DNA of 64,000 nucleotides from Myxococcales bacterium (GTDB lineage Bacteria; Myxococcota_A; Polyangia; Haliangiales; Haliangiaceae): NCBI GenBank assembly GCA_016794525.1, contig JAEUJY010000077.1, positions 109,091 to 173,090 of the forward strand, read 5' to 3'. Shown piece by piece: positions 10,968 to 20,812 of this stretch (position 1 is its first letter; each line of letters starts with the position of its first letter). The notes under the pieces were generated by a model. It saw only the letters and a program-made list of their open reading frames with translations, ran no database searches and was not told where the DNA came from. The position numbers and the translations under genes were made by a program.

Positions 10968-12437
10968 GTGACCGTCGCCGACCTCGAGCAGGCGCTGGCC
11001 GAGGCGCGGCCCGAGGCCATCGAGCGCGAGGTGGTCGCGGCCGCGGTGGCCGCCACCGGGGCCACGATCGGGGCGCTGTTCGTGTGGGACAAGAAGGCGC
11101 GGGGCCTGGTCCTGTCGCACCACCTGGTCGAGGGGCTGGTGGTGACGCTGCCGGATCGCGTCATCCGCAACGACGATCGTCCGGGCATCGCCGGCTGGGC
11201 GTTCGAGCACGACGCGCCATACCTGTGCCGCGATAGCGCCAGCGATCCGCACTACACCCGCTACCTGCTCGACGTGCGCGCGATCGCCGCCGCGCCGGTG
11301 CGCTGGCAGCAGAAGCCGATCGGCGTGATCACCGTGGCCAGCCGCGCCGAGCCGCTGGCCAGGGACGTGCTGAAGACGCTGGGCGAACTCGCCACCGCCG
11401 CGGCGCGGTTCGTGCGCCGGGTCCAGGCCGATCGCCAGAGCCGCGAGGAGACCGGGCGCCCGTTCCTGATCGGCGGCCTGTCGCCCGAGTGGCGCGAGGT
11501 CGAGCGCCGCATCGAGCTGGCGTCGCCGACCCGCGCGCCGATCTTGCTGCGCGGCGAGAGCGGCACCGGCAAGGACCTGGTCGCGCGCGCGATCCACGGC
11601 GCCAGCCGCCGCGCCGATCGCCCGTTCGTCGCGGTCAACTGCGCGGCGATCCCCGAGACCCTCCTCGAGAGCATCCTGTTCGGCCACGTCCGCGGCGCGT
11701 TCACCGGCGCGACCAACGAGAAGGTCGGCGAGTTCCAGAAGGCCGACGGCGGGACGCTGTTCCTCGACGAGGTCGGCGAGCTGCCGGTGGCGCTGCAGGC
11801 CAAGGTGCTGCGCGCCGTCGAGCAGGGCGAGGTGCAGCCGCTGGGCTCGAACGCGGCGCCGTTGCGGGTCGACGTGCGGCTGGTGGCGGCGACCAACCGC
11901 GATCTCGAGGCGATGGTCGCCGACGGCCGGTTCCGCGACGACCTGTACTACCGCCTCGGCGTGATGACGCTCGAGCTGCCACCGCTGCGCCGCTACAAGG
12001 AGCAGCTCGAGGTCATGGCGTCGGTGTTCGTCGAGGAGGCCGCGCTGCGCCACGGCAAGGTCGCGCCGCGGCTGACCCCGGCGGCGATGGCGCGGCTGGC
12101 GGCCTACGACTTCCCCGGCAACGTCCGCGAGCTGCGCAACGCCGTCGAGCACGCGGTGATCCTGGCGACCGGGCCGGAGATCAGCCCCGACGATCTGCCG
12201 CGGCCGTTCCAGGTGGCGGCGCCGAAGAAGCCGGCGCGACCGGCGCGGCCCAAGCTGGCGGCGCTGCGCGAGCAGTGGCTGGCCCCGCTCGAGCGGCGCT
12301 ACCTCATCGAGCTGCTCGCCGAGCACCGCGGCAACGTCCGCGCGGCGGCGGTGGCGGCGGGGGTCGATCCCGTGACGCTGTATCGACTGCTGCGCAAGCG
12401 CGGCGTGGCGCTCAGGCGCATCGTCGACGACGAGTGA
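10968..12437 (+). CDS. Sigma-54-dependent transcriptional activator (GAF sensor + AAA+ sigma-54 activator + Fis-type HTH)
   Basis: Walker [15 protein letters not shown] sigma-54 contact motif; Walker [10 protein letters not shown]-terminal HTH. Divergent from the GH13 gene. Confidence 0.85.
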   Translation: MTVADLEQALAEARPEAIEREVVAAAVAATGATIGALFVWDKKARGLVLSHHLVEGLVVTLPDRVIRNDDRPGIAGWAFEHDAPYLCRDSASDPHYTRYLLDVRAIAAAPVRWQQKPIGVITVASRAEPLARDVLKTLGELATAAARFVRRVQADRQSREETGRPFLIGGLSPEWREVERRIELASPTRAPILLRGESGTGKDLVARAIHGASRRADRPFVAVNCAAIPETLLESILFGHVRGAFTGATNEKVGEFQKADGGTLFLDEVGELPVALQAKVLRAVEQGEVQPLGSNAAPLRVDVRLVAATNRDLEAMVADGRFRDDLYYRLGVMTLELPPLRRYKEQLEVMASVFVEEAALRHGKVAPRLTPAAMARLAAYDFPGNVRELRNAVEHAVILATGPEISPDDLPRPFQVAAPKKPARPARPKLAALREQWLAPLERRYLIELLAEHRGNVRAAAVAAGVDPVTLYRLLRKRGVALRRIVDDE

Positions 12438-12835
12438 CGGGGACGGACACGGGCACCGCTTCGGAGGCGGAGAGGAAGACCGGACCGGCGGCGAGGTCCC
12501 CCTCGAGCCTCGCCGCCAGCCGGTGGAGATCGTCAGCGCTGGTCGGGCGTCGTCGGCGTGGCCAGGCGCGCGCCGTCCTGGCCGAGCATCGCGGGGATGC
12601 TGTCGCCGCGGGTGCGCGGCTGCATGCGGCGCTGGTGCAGCGGCTCGAGGGCCGGGGCGTCGCGGCGGGTCGGGCCGTCGGAGCGAACGATGATCGACAT
12701 GGTGGGCCTCGGGGTCAGCGCTCGTACGTTTCTTGGTCGGGCACCGGTCGACGCGGCGGGAGCCTCGCGTCTTGGGGGAGGCTCGACGGGGGCATGACCC
12801 CGCCGAGGGGGGCTCGGCGACGAGCCCCCTGGAAA

Positions 12836-13615
12836 TCAGAGCAGGACGACGGTGGGGACCAGGGCGATCAGCGCGTCGCGGGCGCGCTCGGCGTTGGCCT
12901 TGCTCGCGTAGACCTCGCTGGTGCCGATGACCTGGCCGTTGGTCGCGGTCAGGTTGAGGTACGCGCCGCCGTTGCTCGACGCGAGCACCAGGTAGCGGGC
13001 GGCGCTGGCGCCGTTGTCGAGCACCGCGAACGCGCCGTTGAGCGCCGCGGCCTCGCTGTCGTAGCGCTCCGAGCGCAGCACGATCGCGCCGTTGCCGGCG
13101 TGCAGGTTCCAGTAGTACTTGCCACCCGCGTCGAGGTGGATCGCGAAGCGGCGGCCGGTCGCGGTGGCCCACGCGGTGCGGTACGTGCTCACCGCGCCGA
13201 CCGTGGCGGTCAGCGTCGCCTGCGCCGCGGCGGTCGTCGCCTGGATGCCGCTGGTGCCGATGATCTCGCCGTTGACCGCCTTGAGGGTCACGAGCGCGCG
13301 GCCGTCGGCGGTCGGCTTGATCTCGTAGCGCGCGGCGGTGGTGCCGTTGCTCAGCACCGACAGCAGGCCGGTCAGCGCGGCGGTGCGGCTCGAGTAACCC
13401 TCGGAGGTGAGCAGCAGCGCGCCCTTGGCGTCGACCAGGCGGAACCGGAACTGCGCGTCGCTGCTCTTCCACAGCGCGAACGACGGGCGGCTCGAGGTGT
13501 CGGCCCAGGTCAGGGCCTCGGAGGTGTCGGTGGTGTCGACGGTCGACTCGTCGACGCAGCCGGCGGCGGCGGTGGCGAGCATCAGGGCGGTGAGGGCGGT
13601 CAGCAGGCGGCGCAT
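12836..13615 (-). CDS. Lipoprotein with four tandem YegP/DUF1508-like domains
   Basis: Signal/lipobox MRRLLTALTALMLATAAAGC. Four ~55-aa units (FRFRLVDAKGALLLTSEGYSSRTAA..., YEIKPTADGRALVTLKAVNGEIIGTS..., FAIHLDAGGKYYWNLHAGNGAIVLRSERYDSEAAA..., YLVLASSNGGAYLNLTATNGQVIGTSEVYASKANA...). Confidence 0.65.
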   Translation of the reverse strand: MRRLLTALTALMLATAAAGCVDESTVDTTDTSEALTWADTSSRPSFALWKSSDAQFRFRLVDAKGALLLTSEGYSSRTAALTGLLSVLSNGTTAARYEIKPTADGRALVTLKAVNGEIIGTSGIQATTAAAQATLTATVGAVSTYRTAWATATGRRFAIHLDAGGKYYWNLHAGNGAIVLRSERYDSEAAALNGAFAVLDNGASAARYLVLASSNGGAYLNLTATNGQVIGTSEVYASKANAERARDALIALVPTVVLL

Positions 13616-13844
13616 GGTTGCGTCGCCATTGAGCAAGGTCGGGGCCAGCCGTCGGACTTTCTAAGTGCCTGGAACGTGACGGGGCTCGGCGCGGAGGTTG
13701 CTGCAAATAAGACGCAGACGCGGCGGCCACGCAATGCGAGTTGTATGAATGCAAGTCGTGCATCCCGCACGCGCCAGCGCGGCGGGGCGTCGCGCTCCGT
13801 CGCCCCGGGTCGCCCGTCGTGCCCAGGGCGAGTACGATGCGTCA

Positions 13845-16800
13845 ATGCGGGCTCGCTGGCTGTGTCCTACCGTGGCGCTCTGGGCGGCGGCGTGTGGTCC
13901 GTCCGACGGACCCAACCGGCCGCCGACGGTGACCGGTAGCCCGGCGACCACGGCGGAGGACACGCCGGTGACGATCGCGGTCACCGCCGCGGATCTCGAC
14001 GGCGACCCGCTCGAGTACCGCTACGCGACGCCGGCCCACGGCGCGGTGACGGCCAGCGGCGCGTCGTTCACGTACACGCCGGCGGCGGACTACCACGGCA
14101 CCGACGCGGTGACGGTGACGGTGCTCGACGGCGAGGCCCAGGCGACCGCGACGATCTCGATCACGGTGACCCCGGTCAACGACGCCCCGGTGGTCGGCGC
14201 CGACACGCTGGTCGCGCTCGAGCACACCGTGCTCGACACGCCGTTGACGACGCTGTTGATGAACGACGCCGACGCCGACGATGATCCGCTCACCGTCACC
14301 GCGGTCGCCGCGGCCTCGACCGGCACCGCCGTCATCGTCGGCGATCAGGTCCGCTACACGCCGCCGGCCGGCTTCCTGGGGGCCGCGACCTTCGACTACA
14401 CGGTGTCGGACGGCCAGGCCACGGCGACCGGCACGGTCACGGTCAACGTCACCGCGGTCGACGATCCGCCGGTCGCCGGCGACGACGCCGCGACGACGGT
14501 CGAGGACACCGCGCTGCCGCTGACCGCCGCGTCGCTCCTGGCCAACGACACCGATCCCGAGGGCGGGGCGCTGTCGCTCACCGCGGTCGGCAACGCCACC
14601 AACGGCACCGTCGCCCTCGCGGGCACGACCGTCACGTTCACGCCGGCGGTCGACTTCAACGGCAGCGCGAGCTTCGACTACACGGTGTCCGACGGCGTCG
14701 GCACCGACACCGGCACGGTGACCGTGACGATCACCGCGGCGCCCGACGCGCCGGTGGCCGTCGACGACGCCGTCACCGCCACCGAGGACCAGCCGGCGAC
14801 GATCGTCGCGTCGACGCTGGCGGCCAACGACACCGACGCCGACGGCGACGCGCTGACAGTCACCGCGGTCGGCACGCCCAGCGGCGGCGCGGTGGCGCTG
14901 GTCGGCGGCACGATCACGTTCACCCCGGCGCCGAACCTCACCGGCACCGCCGGCTTCGACTACACGGTCTCCGACGGCGCGCGCACCGACGTCGGCCACG
15001 TCACGGTCACGGTCGGCGCGGTGCCCGACGCGCCGGTCGCGGGCGACGACACCGCCAGCGGCGCCGAGGACACGCCGCTCGCGATCACCGGCGCGACCCT
15101 GACCGCCAACGACGTCGACGTCGACGGCCCGGCCCTGACCGTCACCGCGGTGGCCGCCCCGTCGCACGGGGTCGTGGTGCTGACCGGCACGACCGTCACC
15201 TTCACGCCCGACCCCGACTACGTCGGCCCCGCGGGCTTCGACTACACCGTCTCCGACGGCGCGCTCAGCGACGTCGGGCACGTCGCGGTCACCGTCACGG
15301 CGGTCAACGACGCGCCGGTGGCGGTCGACGACGCCGCGACCACCGCGGAGGACACCCCGCTGGCCCTGGCCGCGGCGACGCTGGCCGCCAACGACACCGA
15401 CGTCGACGGGCCGGCCCGCACGGTGGTCGCGGTCGCGGCGCCGCAGCACGGCACCGTGGCGCTCGCCGGTGGCACCGTGACGTTCACGCCCGAGGCCAAC
15501 TACGTCGGTCCCGCGGCGTTCGACTACACCGTCTCCGACGGCACCCTGGTCGACGTCGGCAGCGTCACCGTCACGGTGACGCCGGTCAACGACGCGCCGG
15601 TGGCCGTCGCCGGTTCCGCCACGACCAACGAGGCCACCCCGGTGGTGGTCACGTTGACCGCCACCGACCTCGACTCGCCGAGCGTCACGTTCACGCCGGC
15701 GGCGCCGTCGGTCGGCGGGCTCGGCACGGTCACGCCAGCCGGCCCGTTCAGCGCGACGGTGACCTTCACGCCGCCGCTCGGCTTCGACGGCACCGCGACG
15801 TTCACCTTCACCGCGTCGGATGGCGCGCTGACGTCGGCGCCGGCGACGATGACGATCACCGTCGTCAACGTGCCGGTGTGCAACGACGGCCTGGTCGAGG
15901 GCAGCGAGGGCTGCGACGACCAGGGCAACGCCGCGGGCGACGGCTGCTCGCCGACCTGCGCGGTCGAGCCCGGCTGGACCTGCACCGGCGCGCCCAGCGC
16001 GTGCGACGAGATCTGCGGCGACGGCATGATGGTCGGGGCCGAGGCCTGCGACGACGGCAACCTGATCAGCACCGACGGCTGCACCACGCAGTGCGTGGTC
16101 GCCCCGCCGTGCGGCGTGGCGCGCTTCCCGGCCGGCGATCGCTTCGCCACCCACCCGACCACCGGCGCCTGCTACGTCGGCTACGACGACGACCTCGACA
16201 GCCAGGCCGCCGCGCAGGCGGCGTGCGTCGCCGGCGTCGGGCACCTGGCGACGATCACCAGCGCCTTCGAGCAGGGCCTGGTGGCCGCCGCGGCCAGCGA
16301 CGCCCAGAACCCGTGGATCGGCGCCACCGATGACGCCAACGACACCGACGCGGTGTTCGCGTGGGTCACCGGCGAGCCGTGGGGCTTCACCAACTTCGCG
16401 CTGGGCCAGCCGGACGACGACGCCGGTCTCGGTGGCAACGGCGAGTGCCTGCACCTGTTCAACGCCGCCGGCCAGTGGAACGACACCAACTGCGCCGCGA
16501 CCGGCTTCGTGGTCGGCCGGGTGTGCGAGTACGAGCCCCGCTGCGGCGACGGCGTGATCCAGCCGGCGCTGAGCGAGACCTGCGACGACAGCAACAGCGT
16601 CAGCTTCGACGGGTGCTCGGCCACCTGCCGCGTCGAGACGCTGTTCTTCAGCGAGTACGTCGAGGGGTCGGGGGTGAACAAGGCGATCGAGATCGCCAAC
16701 CCGACCAACGCGCCGCGCAACCTCACGGGCTGCTCGCTGCGCCTGTACTCCAATGGCGCCGGTGTGCCGAGCAACACGCTGGCCTTGACCCAGACCATTC

Positions 16801-17144
16801 CGGCGCGCGACGTGATCGCGTTCTGCAACCCATCGGCGAGCGCCGGGCTGCTCGCGCAATGCGATGTCACCACGGGCACCGGCGGTGTGATCAACTGGAG
16901 CGGCGACGACGGCATCGAGCTGTTCTGCGGCGGCGCCACCGTCGACATGATCGGGCGGGTGCCGGAGCGACCGTCGCCGGCCTGGGGCACCGGTCTCACC
17001 TCGACTGCCGATCACACGCTGCGCCGCAAGTGCACGGTCACCGCCGGCGACACCAGCATCGCCGACCCGTTCGATCCCGCCACCGAGTGGGACGGCTTCG
17101 CGATCGACACGTTCACCAACGTCGGCAGCTACCACTGCCCGTAG
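13845..17144 (+). CDS. Giant surface adhesin-like lipoprotein: ~9 tandem 95-aa cadherin-like/VCBS-type repeats + Cys-rich repeats + C-type lectin domain + lamin-tail domain
   Basis: Lipoprotein signal MRARWLCPTVALWAAAC. Repeating unit PVAxDDxxTTxEDTPLxLxxAxLLANDTDxDGxALTVTAVxxxxHGTVxLxGxTVTFTPxxxYxGPAxFDYTVSDG. CNDGLVEGSEGCDDQGNAAGDGCSPTC repeats. CTLD-like WIGATDDANDTDAVFAWVTGEPW...GECLHLF..GQWNDTNC. LTD-like LFFSEYVEGSGVNKAIEIANPT...IELF. Confidence 0.8.
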   Translation: MRARWLCPTVALWAAACGPSDGPNRPPTVTGSPATTAEDTPVTIAVTAADLDGDPLEYRYATPAHGAVTASGASFTYTPAADYHGTDAVTVTVLDGEAQATATISITVTPVNDAPVVGADTLVALEHTVLDTPLTTLLMNDADADDDPLTVTAVAAASTGTAVIVGDQVRYTPPAGFLGAATFDYTVSDGQATATGTVTVNVTAVDDPPVAGDDAATTVEDTALPLTAASLLANDTDPEGGALSLTAVGNATNGTVALAGTTVTFTPAVDFNGSASFDYTVSDGVGTDTGTVTVTITAAPDAPVAVDDAVTATEDQPATIVASTLAANDTDADGDALTVTAVGTPSGGAVALVGGTITFTPAPNLTGTAGFDYTVSDGARTDVGHVTVTVGAVPDAPVAGDDTASGAEDTPLAITGATLTANDVDVDGPALTVTAVAAPSHGVVVLTGTTVTFTPDPDYVGPAGFDYTVSDGALSDVGHVAVTVTAVNDAPVAVDDAATTAEDTPLALAAATLAANDTDVDGPARTVVAVAAPQHGTVALAGGTVTFTPEANYVGPAAFDYTVSDGTLVDVGSVTVTVTPVNDAPVAVAGSATTNEATPVVVTLTATDLDSPSVTFTPAAPSVGGLGTVTPAGPFSATVTFTPPLGFDGTATFTFTASDGALTSAPATMTITVVNVPVCNDGLVEGSEGCDDQGNAAGDGCSPTCAVEPGWTCTGAPSACDEICGDGMMVGAEACDDGNLISTDGCTTQCVVAPPCGVARFPAGDRFATHPTTGACYVGYDDDLDSQAAAQAACVAGVGHLATITSAFEQGLVAAAASDAQNPWIGATDDANDTDAVFAWVTGEPWGFTNFALGQPDDDAGLGGNGECLHLFNAAGQWNDTNCAATGFVVGRVCEYEPRCGDGVIQPALSETCDDSNSVSFDGCSATCRVETLFFSEYVEGSGVNKAIEIANPTNAPRNLTGCSLRLYSNGAGVPSNTLALTQTIPARDVIAFCNPSASAGLLAQCDVTTGTGGVINWSGDDGIELFCGGATVDMIGRVPERPSPAWGTGLTSTADHTLRRKCTVTAGDTSIADPFDPATEWDGFAIDTFTNVGSYHCP
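14400..15700 (+). repeat. In-frame tandem ~285-bp repeats encoding ~95-aa cadherin-like units within the adhesin gene
   Basis: Protein-level periodicity (DAPVAxDD...FDYTVSDG...VTVTV.AVNDAPVA) recurs about every 95 residues across this span. Confidence 0.6.
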
Positions 17145-17236
17145 GCGGCGCGACGATCGGCCGTTGACCGGCCACCGTGGCCGGTGGATGCTTGGGCCGC
17201 GGGCTGCGGCCGGCGCGGTCGCCCGTGGGACCTACG

Positions 17237-18208
17237 ATGACGCCTGGTGCGCATGATCGCCTGAGCGCGGCGCTGCTCGCGCTCCACCAGCGCGCGCGGA
17301 CCGCGGCCGTCGCGAGCTTCCAGGCCGAGGCGCTCGCGGTCGTCGACGAGCTGATCGGCTTCGACTCCGCGCTGTGGGGCTGCGGTCGGCTCGGGGCGGG
17401 CGGACCGATCCCGCACTCGGTCCACCTCGATCGCCAGCCGCCCGAGATGATGGCCAGCTACGAGGAGATCAAGGCGCACGACCCGTCGGTCCGGGCCTCG
17501 GCGACACACCTCGGCAGGACGTCCAACGTCGCGATCGACCACCTGGGCGAGGGCGTCCACCCGGGCGCCGTGGCCCACGCGCGCCGCTACGGGATGCGGC
17601 ACACGCTGGCCACGCTGCTGGCCGATCCCGACCTCCGGCTGTTCTCCGCGGTGTCGCTGTACCGCGCCGATCCGGCGCGACCGTTCTCGGAGGCGGACCG
17701 CCAGCTCGCGCAGGCGGTCGTGCCGCACCTCGAGGAGACCTGGACCTGGTGCCGGTTGCGCGCGGTCGACGACGGCGGCAGCGCGCGCCACGCGCGGATG
17801 TTGTGCGATCCCTGCGGGGTCATCCACGCCGCGTCGGCGGGGCTGGCCAGCGAGCTGCGGCGCGAGTGGCCGGCCTGGCGCGGCCCCGACGTGCCGGCGC
17901 CGATCGTGCCGATCCTGGCTACGCCGGGCGCGCGCTTCGTCGGCGCGGCGGTCGTCGTGACCGGTGGCGCCGTGGGCGCGCTGCGGTTGCTGACCGTCCG
18001 CGGCATCACGGCGCTCGATCGCCTCACGGCGCGCGAGGCCGAGGTCGCGCGCCGGTTCGGTCAGGGCGCGAGCCACGTCGCGATCGCCACCGCGCTGGGC
18101 ATCGCCCCGGCGACCGTGCGCAACCACGTGCAGGCGATCTACCGCAAGCTCGGGGTCGGCGACAAAGCGGCGCTCGCCAACGCGCTGCGCGACGACGCGA
18201 GCGCGTGA
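17237..18208 (+). CDS. LuxR-family transcriptional regulator (C-terminal LuxR-type HTH)
   Basis: C-terminus LTAREAEVARRFGQGASHVAIATALGIAPATVRNHVQAIYRKLGV is a classic LuxR/GerE HTH. The start at ATG 17237 is inferred. The antisense ORF 17129..18127 has no motifs. Confidence 0.6.
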   Translation: MTPGAHDRLSAALLALHQRARTAAVASFQAEALAVVDELIGFDSALWGCGRLGAGGPIPHSVHLDRQPPEMMASYEEIKAHDPSVRASATHLGRTSNVAIDHLGEGVHPGAVAHARRYGMRHTLATLLADPDLRLFSAVSLYRADPARPFSEADRQLAQAVVPHLEETWTWCRLRAVDDGGSARHARMLCDPCGVIHAASAGLASELRREWPAWRGPDVPAPIVPILATPGARFVGAAVVVTGGAVGALRLLTVRGITALDRLTAREAEVARRFGQGASHVAIATALGIAPATVRNHVQAIYRKLGVGDKAALANALRDDASA

Positions 18209-18228
18209 GGTGGCGCGCCGCGCGGCCC

Positions 18229-18274
18229 TGATGCAAATGCATCACGGGCCGCGACGCATGATGCAAATGCATCA
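18229..18274. promoter_or_regulatory. Two copies of an AT-rich 16-bp palindrome TGATGCAAATGCATCA spaced 30 bp apart (candidate operator pair)
   Basis: Seen directly: ctgatgcaaatgcatcacgggccgcgacgcatgatgcaaatgcatcagg. Each unit is an inverted repeat TGATGCA-N2-TGCATCA. It sits between the LuxR stop (18208) and the next ORF (18353) in a ~70% GC background. Confidence 0.5.
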
Positions 18275-18352
18275 GGTCGGCGACGCGATCTTCGTCGAGC
18301 GGAGACGGCGCGGCGGGAGGATCGCCGACCCCGCGTTCGTACACTGCGCATC

Positions 18353-19780
18353 ATGTTCGGACCGATGAAGGAAGGCGCGGTCGCGCGCGGACACTTGCCC
18401 CACCTCGACGCGCGCGCGGTCGAGCACGCGCCGGCGCAGCGTTCGGGCCCCGAGCTGGTGCACGCGGCCAGCGGGGATCCGCGTGCGTTCGCGGCCAGCC
18501 TGCGAGGGCTGTCGCCGGCGCTGCGCGACGAGGCGGTGTTCGCCGCCCACCAGCTCCACGGCAACGGCTTCGTCGCGGCGGCGGGGCTCGACGAGCACGA
18601 GGCCGACCGCGGCCGCGACCGCGACCAGTCCGCGCCGGCCACCACCGAGGTCTCCGAGGACGAGCAGCAGGCGCGGCGCGCGGGCGCGACCGTGCAGGCC
18701 GGGCTCGGCCAGCTGCGCGGCCTGGTCGGCCGCCTGTCCCAGCACGGGCTCGACACGCTCGCCGGGCAGATCCAGAAGATCGCGAGCGGCGCGGACGCGT
18801 TCACCGCGTGGCTGTTCCAGCACAAGAAGACCAACGCGGAGCAGTGGGGGATGATCGCCGCGGTCGCGGAGATCATCGTCGAGCTGATCGTGGCGGTGGT
18901 CGCGATCGGCACCGCCGTGCTGACGAGCCCGGCCGTGCCGGCGGCCGGCGCCATCGCCACGAGCGTGGTGGCCGGGTGCGTCGCCGCGGTCACGACCCTG
19001 GTCGTCAACCTGCCGGCCCTGCTCGACGTGGTCGGGGCGCACGACGCGGCGGACGCGACGCGGGGCTGGACCCGCGACAACCCGTGGTTCGGGACCACGC
19101 TGGCGGCGATCGGCGCGGTCACCGTCGCGATCGTCTCGATCTCCGCGCTGACCGCGAGCGCGGCGCCGGAGGCGGTCAGCGACGTCGGCCCGCAGGTGGT
19201 GGCGTGGATGGGGCAGGGCGCGCAGCTCCTGACCCGCGACGCGTTGATGGTCGGCGTGGGGATCGAACAGACGACCGACGGTGCGGCATCGGCCGGCGCC
19301 GACGCGCTGGTCGCCGCCCGCCAGATGGTCGAAGCCAAGGTCGCCGCGCTGGGTGAACGGGTCGCGCAGGTGCAGCCGGTGTCGGGCGTCGCGGCGGACG
19401 CGTTGGGCCAGGTCTGCCGCTACGCCGGGCGGCTGGCGGGCCGGGTGGGCTCGACCGAGCTGTGCGCGGCGCTCGCCGCGGTGATCGCGACGATCGACGG
19501 CGTGGTCGACGTCATCGTCGCTGCGGGCGCGATCGGCGCGGCGGTCGGCGCCGCGACGGCGCACGAGCTGCTGGCGGTCGCGGGGGCGCTGAAGGCCGAG
19601 GCGTCGAGTGATGCCGCGCAGGCCGCCGCGCTCGCCGCCGCGGCGGAATCGGCGGCAGCTGCAGGCCGCGCGGCCGACGCCGCGAGGTTCGACCAGGCGG
19701 GCGCCACGGTCGGTGCGATCGCCGAGTCGGCGGGCGCCGCTGGGGAGGCCTTCCTCGACGTGATCGGCAGCCTTGCCTGA
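18353..19780 (+). CDS. Hypothetical Ala-rich membrane protein (uncertain coding)
   Basis: Long ORF right after the palindromic sites. The hydrophilic N-terminal 150 aa is followed by hydrophobic segments. Overlapped by two long minus-strand ORFs; composition-only support. Confidence 0.3.
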   Translation: MFGPMKEGAVARGHLPHLDARAVEHAPAQRSGPELVHAASGDPRAFAASLRGLSPALRDEAVFAAHQLHGNGFVAAAGLDEHEADRGRDRDQSAPATTEVSEDEQQARRAGATVQAGLGQLRGLVGRLSQHGLDTLAGQIQKIASGADAFTAWLFQHKKTNAEQWGMIAAVAEIIVELIVAVVAIGTAVLTSPAVPAAGAIATSVVAGCVAAVTTLVVNLPALLDVVGAHDAADATRGWTRDNPWFGTTLAAIGAVTVAIVSISALTASAAPEAVSDVGPQVVAWMGQGAQLLTRDALMVGVGIEQTTDGAASAGADALVAARQMVEAKVAALGERVAQVQPVSGVAADALGQVCRYAGRLAGRVGSTELCAALAAVIATIDGVVDVIVAAGAIGAAVGAATAHELLAVAGALKAEASSDAAQAAALAAAAESAAAAGRAADAARFDQAGATVGAIAESAGAAGEAFLDVIGSLA

Positions 19781-19817
19781 GGCGTGGCGGCGCGAACTCG
19801 CTCCCGCCGACCCGGGG

Positions 19818-20669
19818 CTACTGCAGATCGGCGGCGGTGCGCGGCAGCAGCTGGAAGTTCATCCGCTGCGCGTAGACGCCGGTGATCGACGCGAACGCCT
19901 GACCGGCGGTGGCCGGCACCGGCCCGGCGTTGGTGTAGACGAACGGGTTGATCTGGAGGCTCCCGGCGCCGCCGGCGGTCTTGACCACGCGGAACCCGCC
20001 GGTGGTGCCGTCGGTCGCGGCGGGCGCGGTGACGTTGGTGACCCGCAGCAGCACGCCCTCGTAGATCTCGGCGGACGCGCCGGGCTGATCGCCGGCGGTC
20101 ACGTCGTCGGTGTCGGTGGCCAGCATGTCGAAGGTGAGCGCGCCGGCGGGGATCTGGAGCGGCGTCGGCGCGGTGCCGCAGCTGCCCGCGGCCTCGCGCG
20201 TGAACGCGGTCGGCGTGACCAGCTCGGTGTCGTCCTGGAACTCGAGCGTGTTGCCGGAGAGGGTGATGCAGTCGCCGATCTGGATCGCCTCCAGGCCGGG
20301 GAACTGCGCGACCTCGGTGGTCGCGATGAACAGCTGCAGGCCGGCGTACTGCGGGTAGGTGTGACCGCCGGTGGTCACGCCGTCGGGCTCTTGCACGAAG
20401 GCCAGCAGGTTGCCCGACGGGGTGATGCGCAGCGCGGTGACGAACACCTGGTCGATCGTCGCGGCGGCGCCGGTCGGCACCGTGCCGTCCTGGAGCTCCT
20501 GGATGCTGTGGACCGCGACGGGCGGCGCGTCGATCGCGAGCGGGGCGTCGATCGCCGGCGCGTCGATCGCCGGTGGTGCGTCGATGCCCACCGCGGCGTC
20601 GATCGCGACGGCGTCGTCGCCCCCGCACGCAGCCAGCCCCAGGGCCACCACGATCGTGCCCGTCCGCAT
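19818..20669 (-). CDS. Secreted lipoprotein, hypothetical, with AIDAP repeat linker
   Basis: Lipobox MRTGTIVVALGLAAC. Non-repetitive, globular-looking C-terminal region. The AIDAPP linker is encoded by tandem ggcgcgtcgatcgcc units. Confidence 0.5.
   Translation of the reverse strand: MRTGTIVVALGLAACGGDDAVAIDAAVGIDAPPAIDAPAIDAPLAIDAPPVAVHSIQELQDGTVPTGAAATIDQVFVTALRITPSGNLLAFVQEPDGVTTGGHTYPQYAGLQLFIATTEVAQFPGLEAIQIGDCITLSGNTLEFQDDTELVTPTAFTREAAGSCGTAPTPLQIPAGALTFDMLATDTDDVTAGDQPGASAEIYEGVLLRVTNVTAPAATDGTTGGFRVVKTAGGAGSLQINPFVYTNAGPVPATAGQAFASITGVYAQRMNFQLLPRTAADLQ
20521..20610 (-). repeat. Tandem ~15-bp repeats (gcgtcgatcgcc core) encoding the (A/P)IDAP linker
   Basis: Seen in sequence: cgtcgatcgcgagcggggcgtcgatcgccggcgcgtcgatcgccggtggtgcgtcgatgcccaccgcggcgtcgatcgcgacggcgtc. 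Confidence 0.55.
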
Positions 20670-20812
20670 CCAGGTCGAGTGCTCACCAGTCCGCGCCATG
20701 CTCTCTCCTCCGCACGTTGCAACGCGAGCGCCCCGACGCAGCACGCGTCAGACCCCCGCTCCCCACGGTACCACGGCCGTCGCGGACCGATGTTCGCGCT
20801 ACGATCGTCGGC

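Noticed and set aside
10839-13763. Upstream 975-aa extension of the 1606-aa ORF containing the GH13 gene
   Set aside because: Upstream of the lipoprotein-signal ATG at 10838 the frame encodes Arg/Gly/Pro junk and overlaps the well-supported sigma-54 activator and YegP genes.
13842-17135. 1,097-aa minus-strand ORF antisense to the adhesin gene
   Set aside because: Gly/Arg/Asp/Val-rich mirror translation of a repeat-rich gene. The plus strand has clear domain structure.
17129-18127. 332-aa minus-strand ORF opposite the LuxR gene
   Set aside because: No motifs and an Arg-rich translation. The plus strand carries a textbook LuxR HTH.
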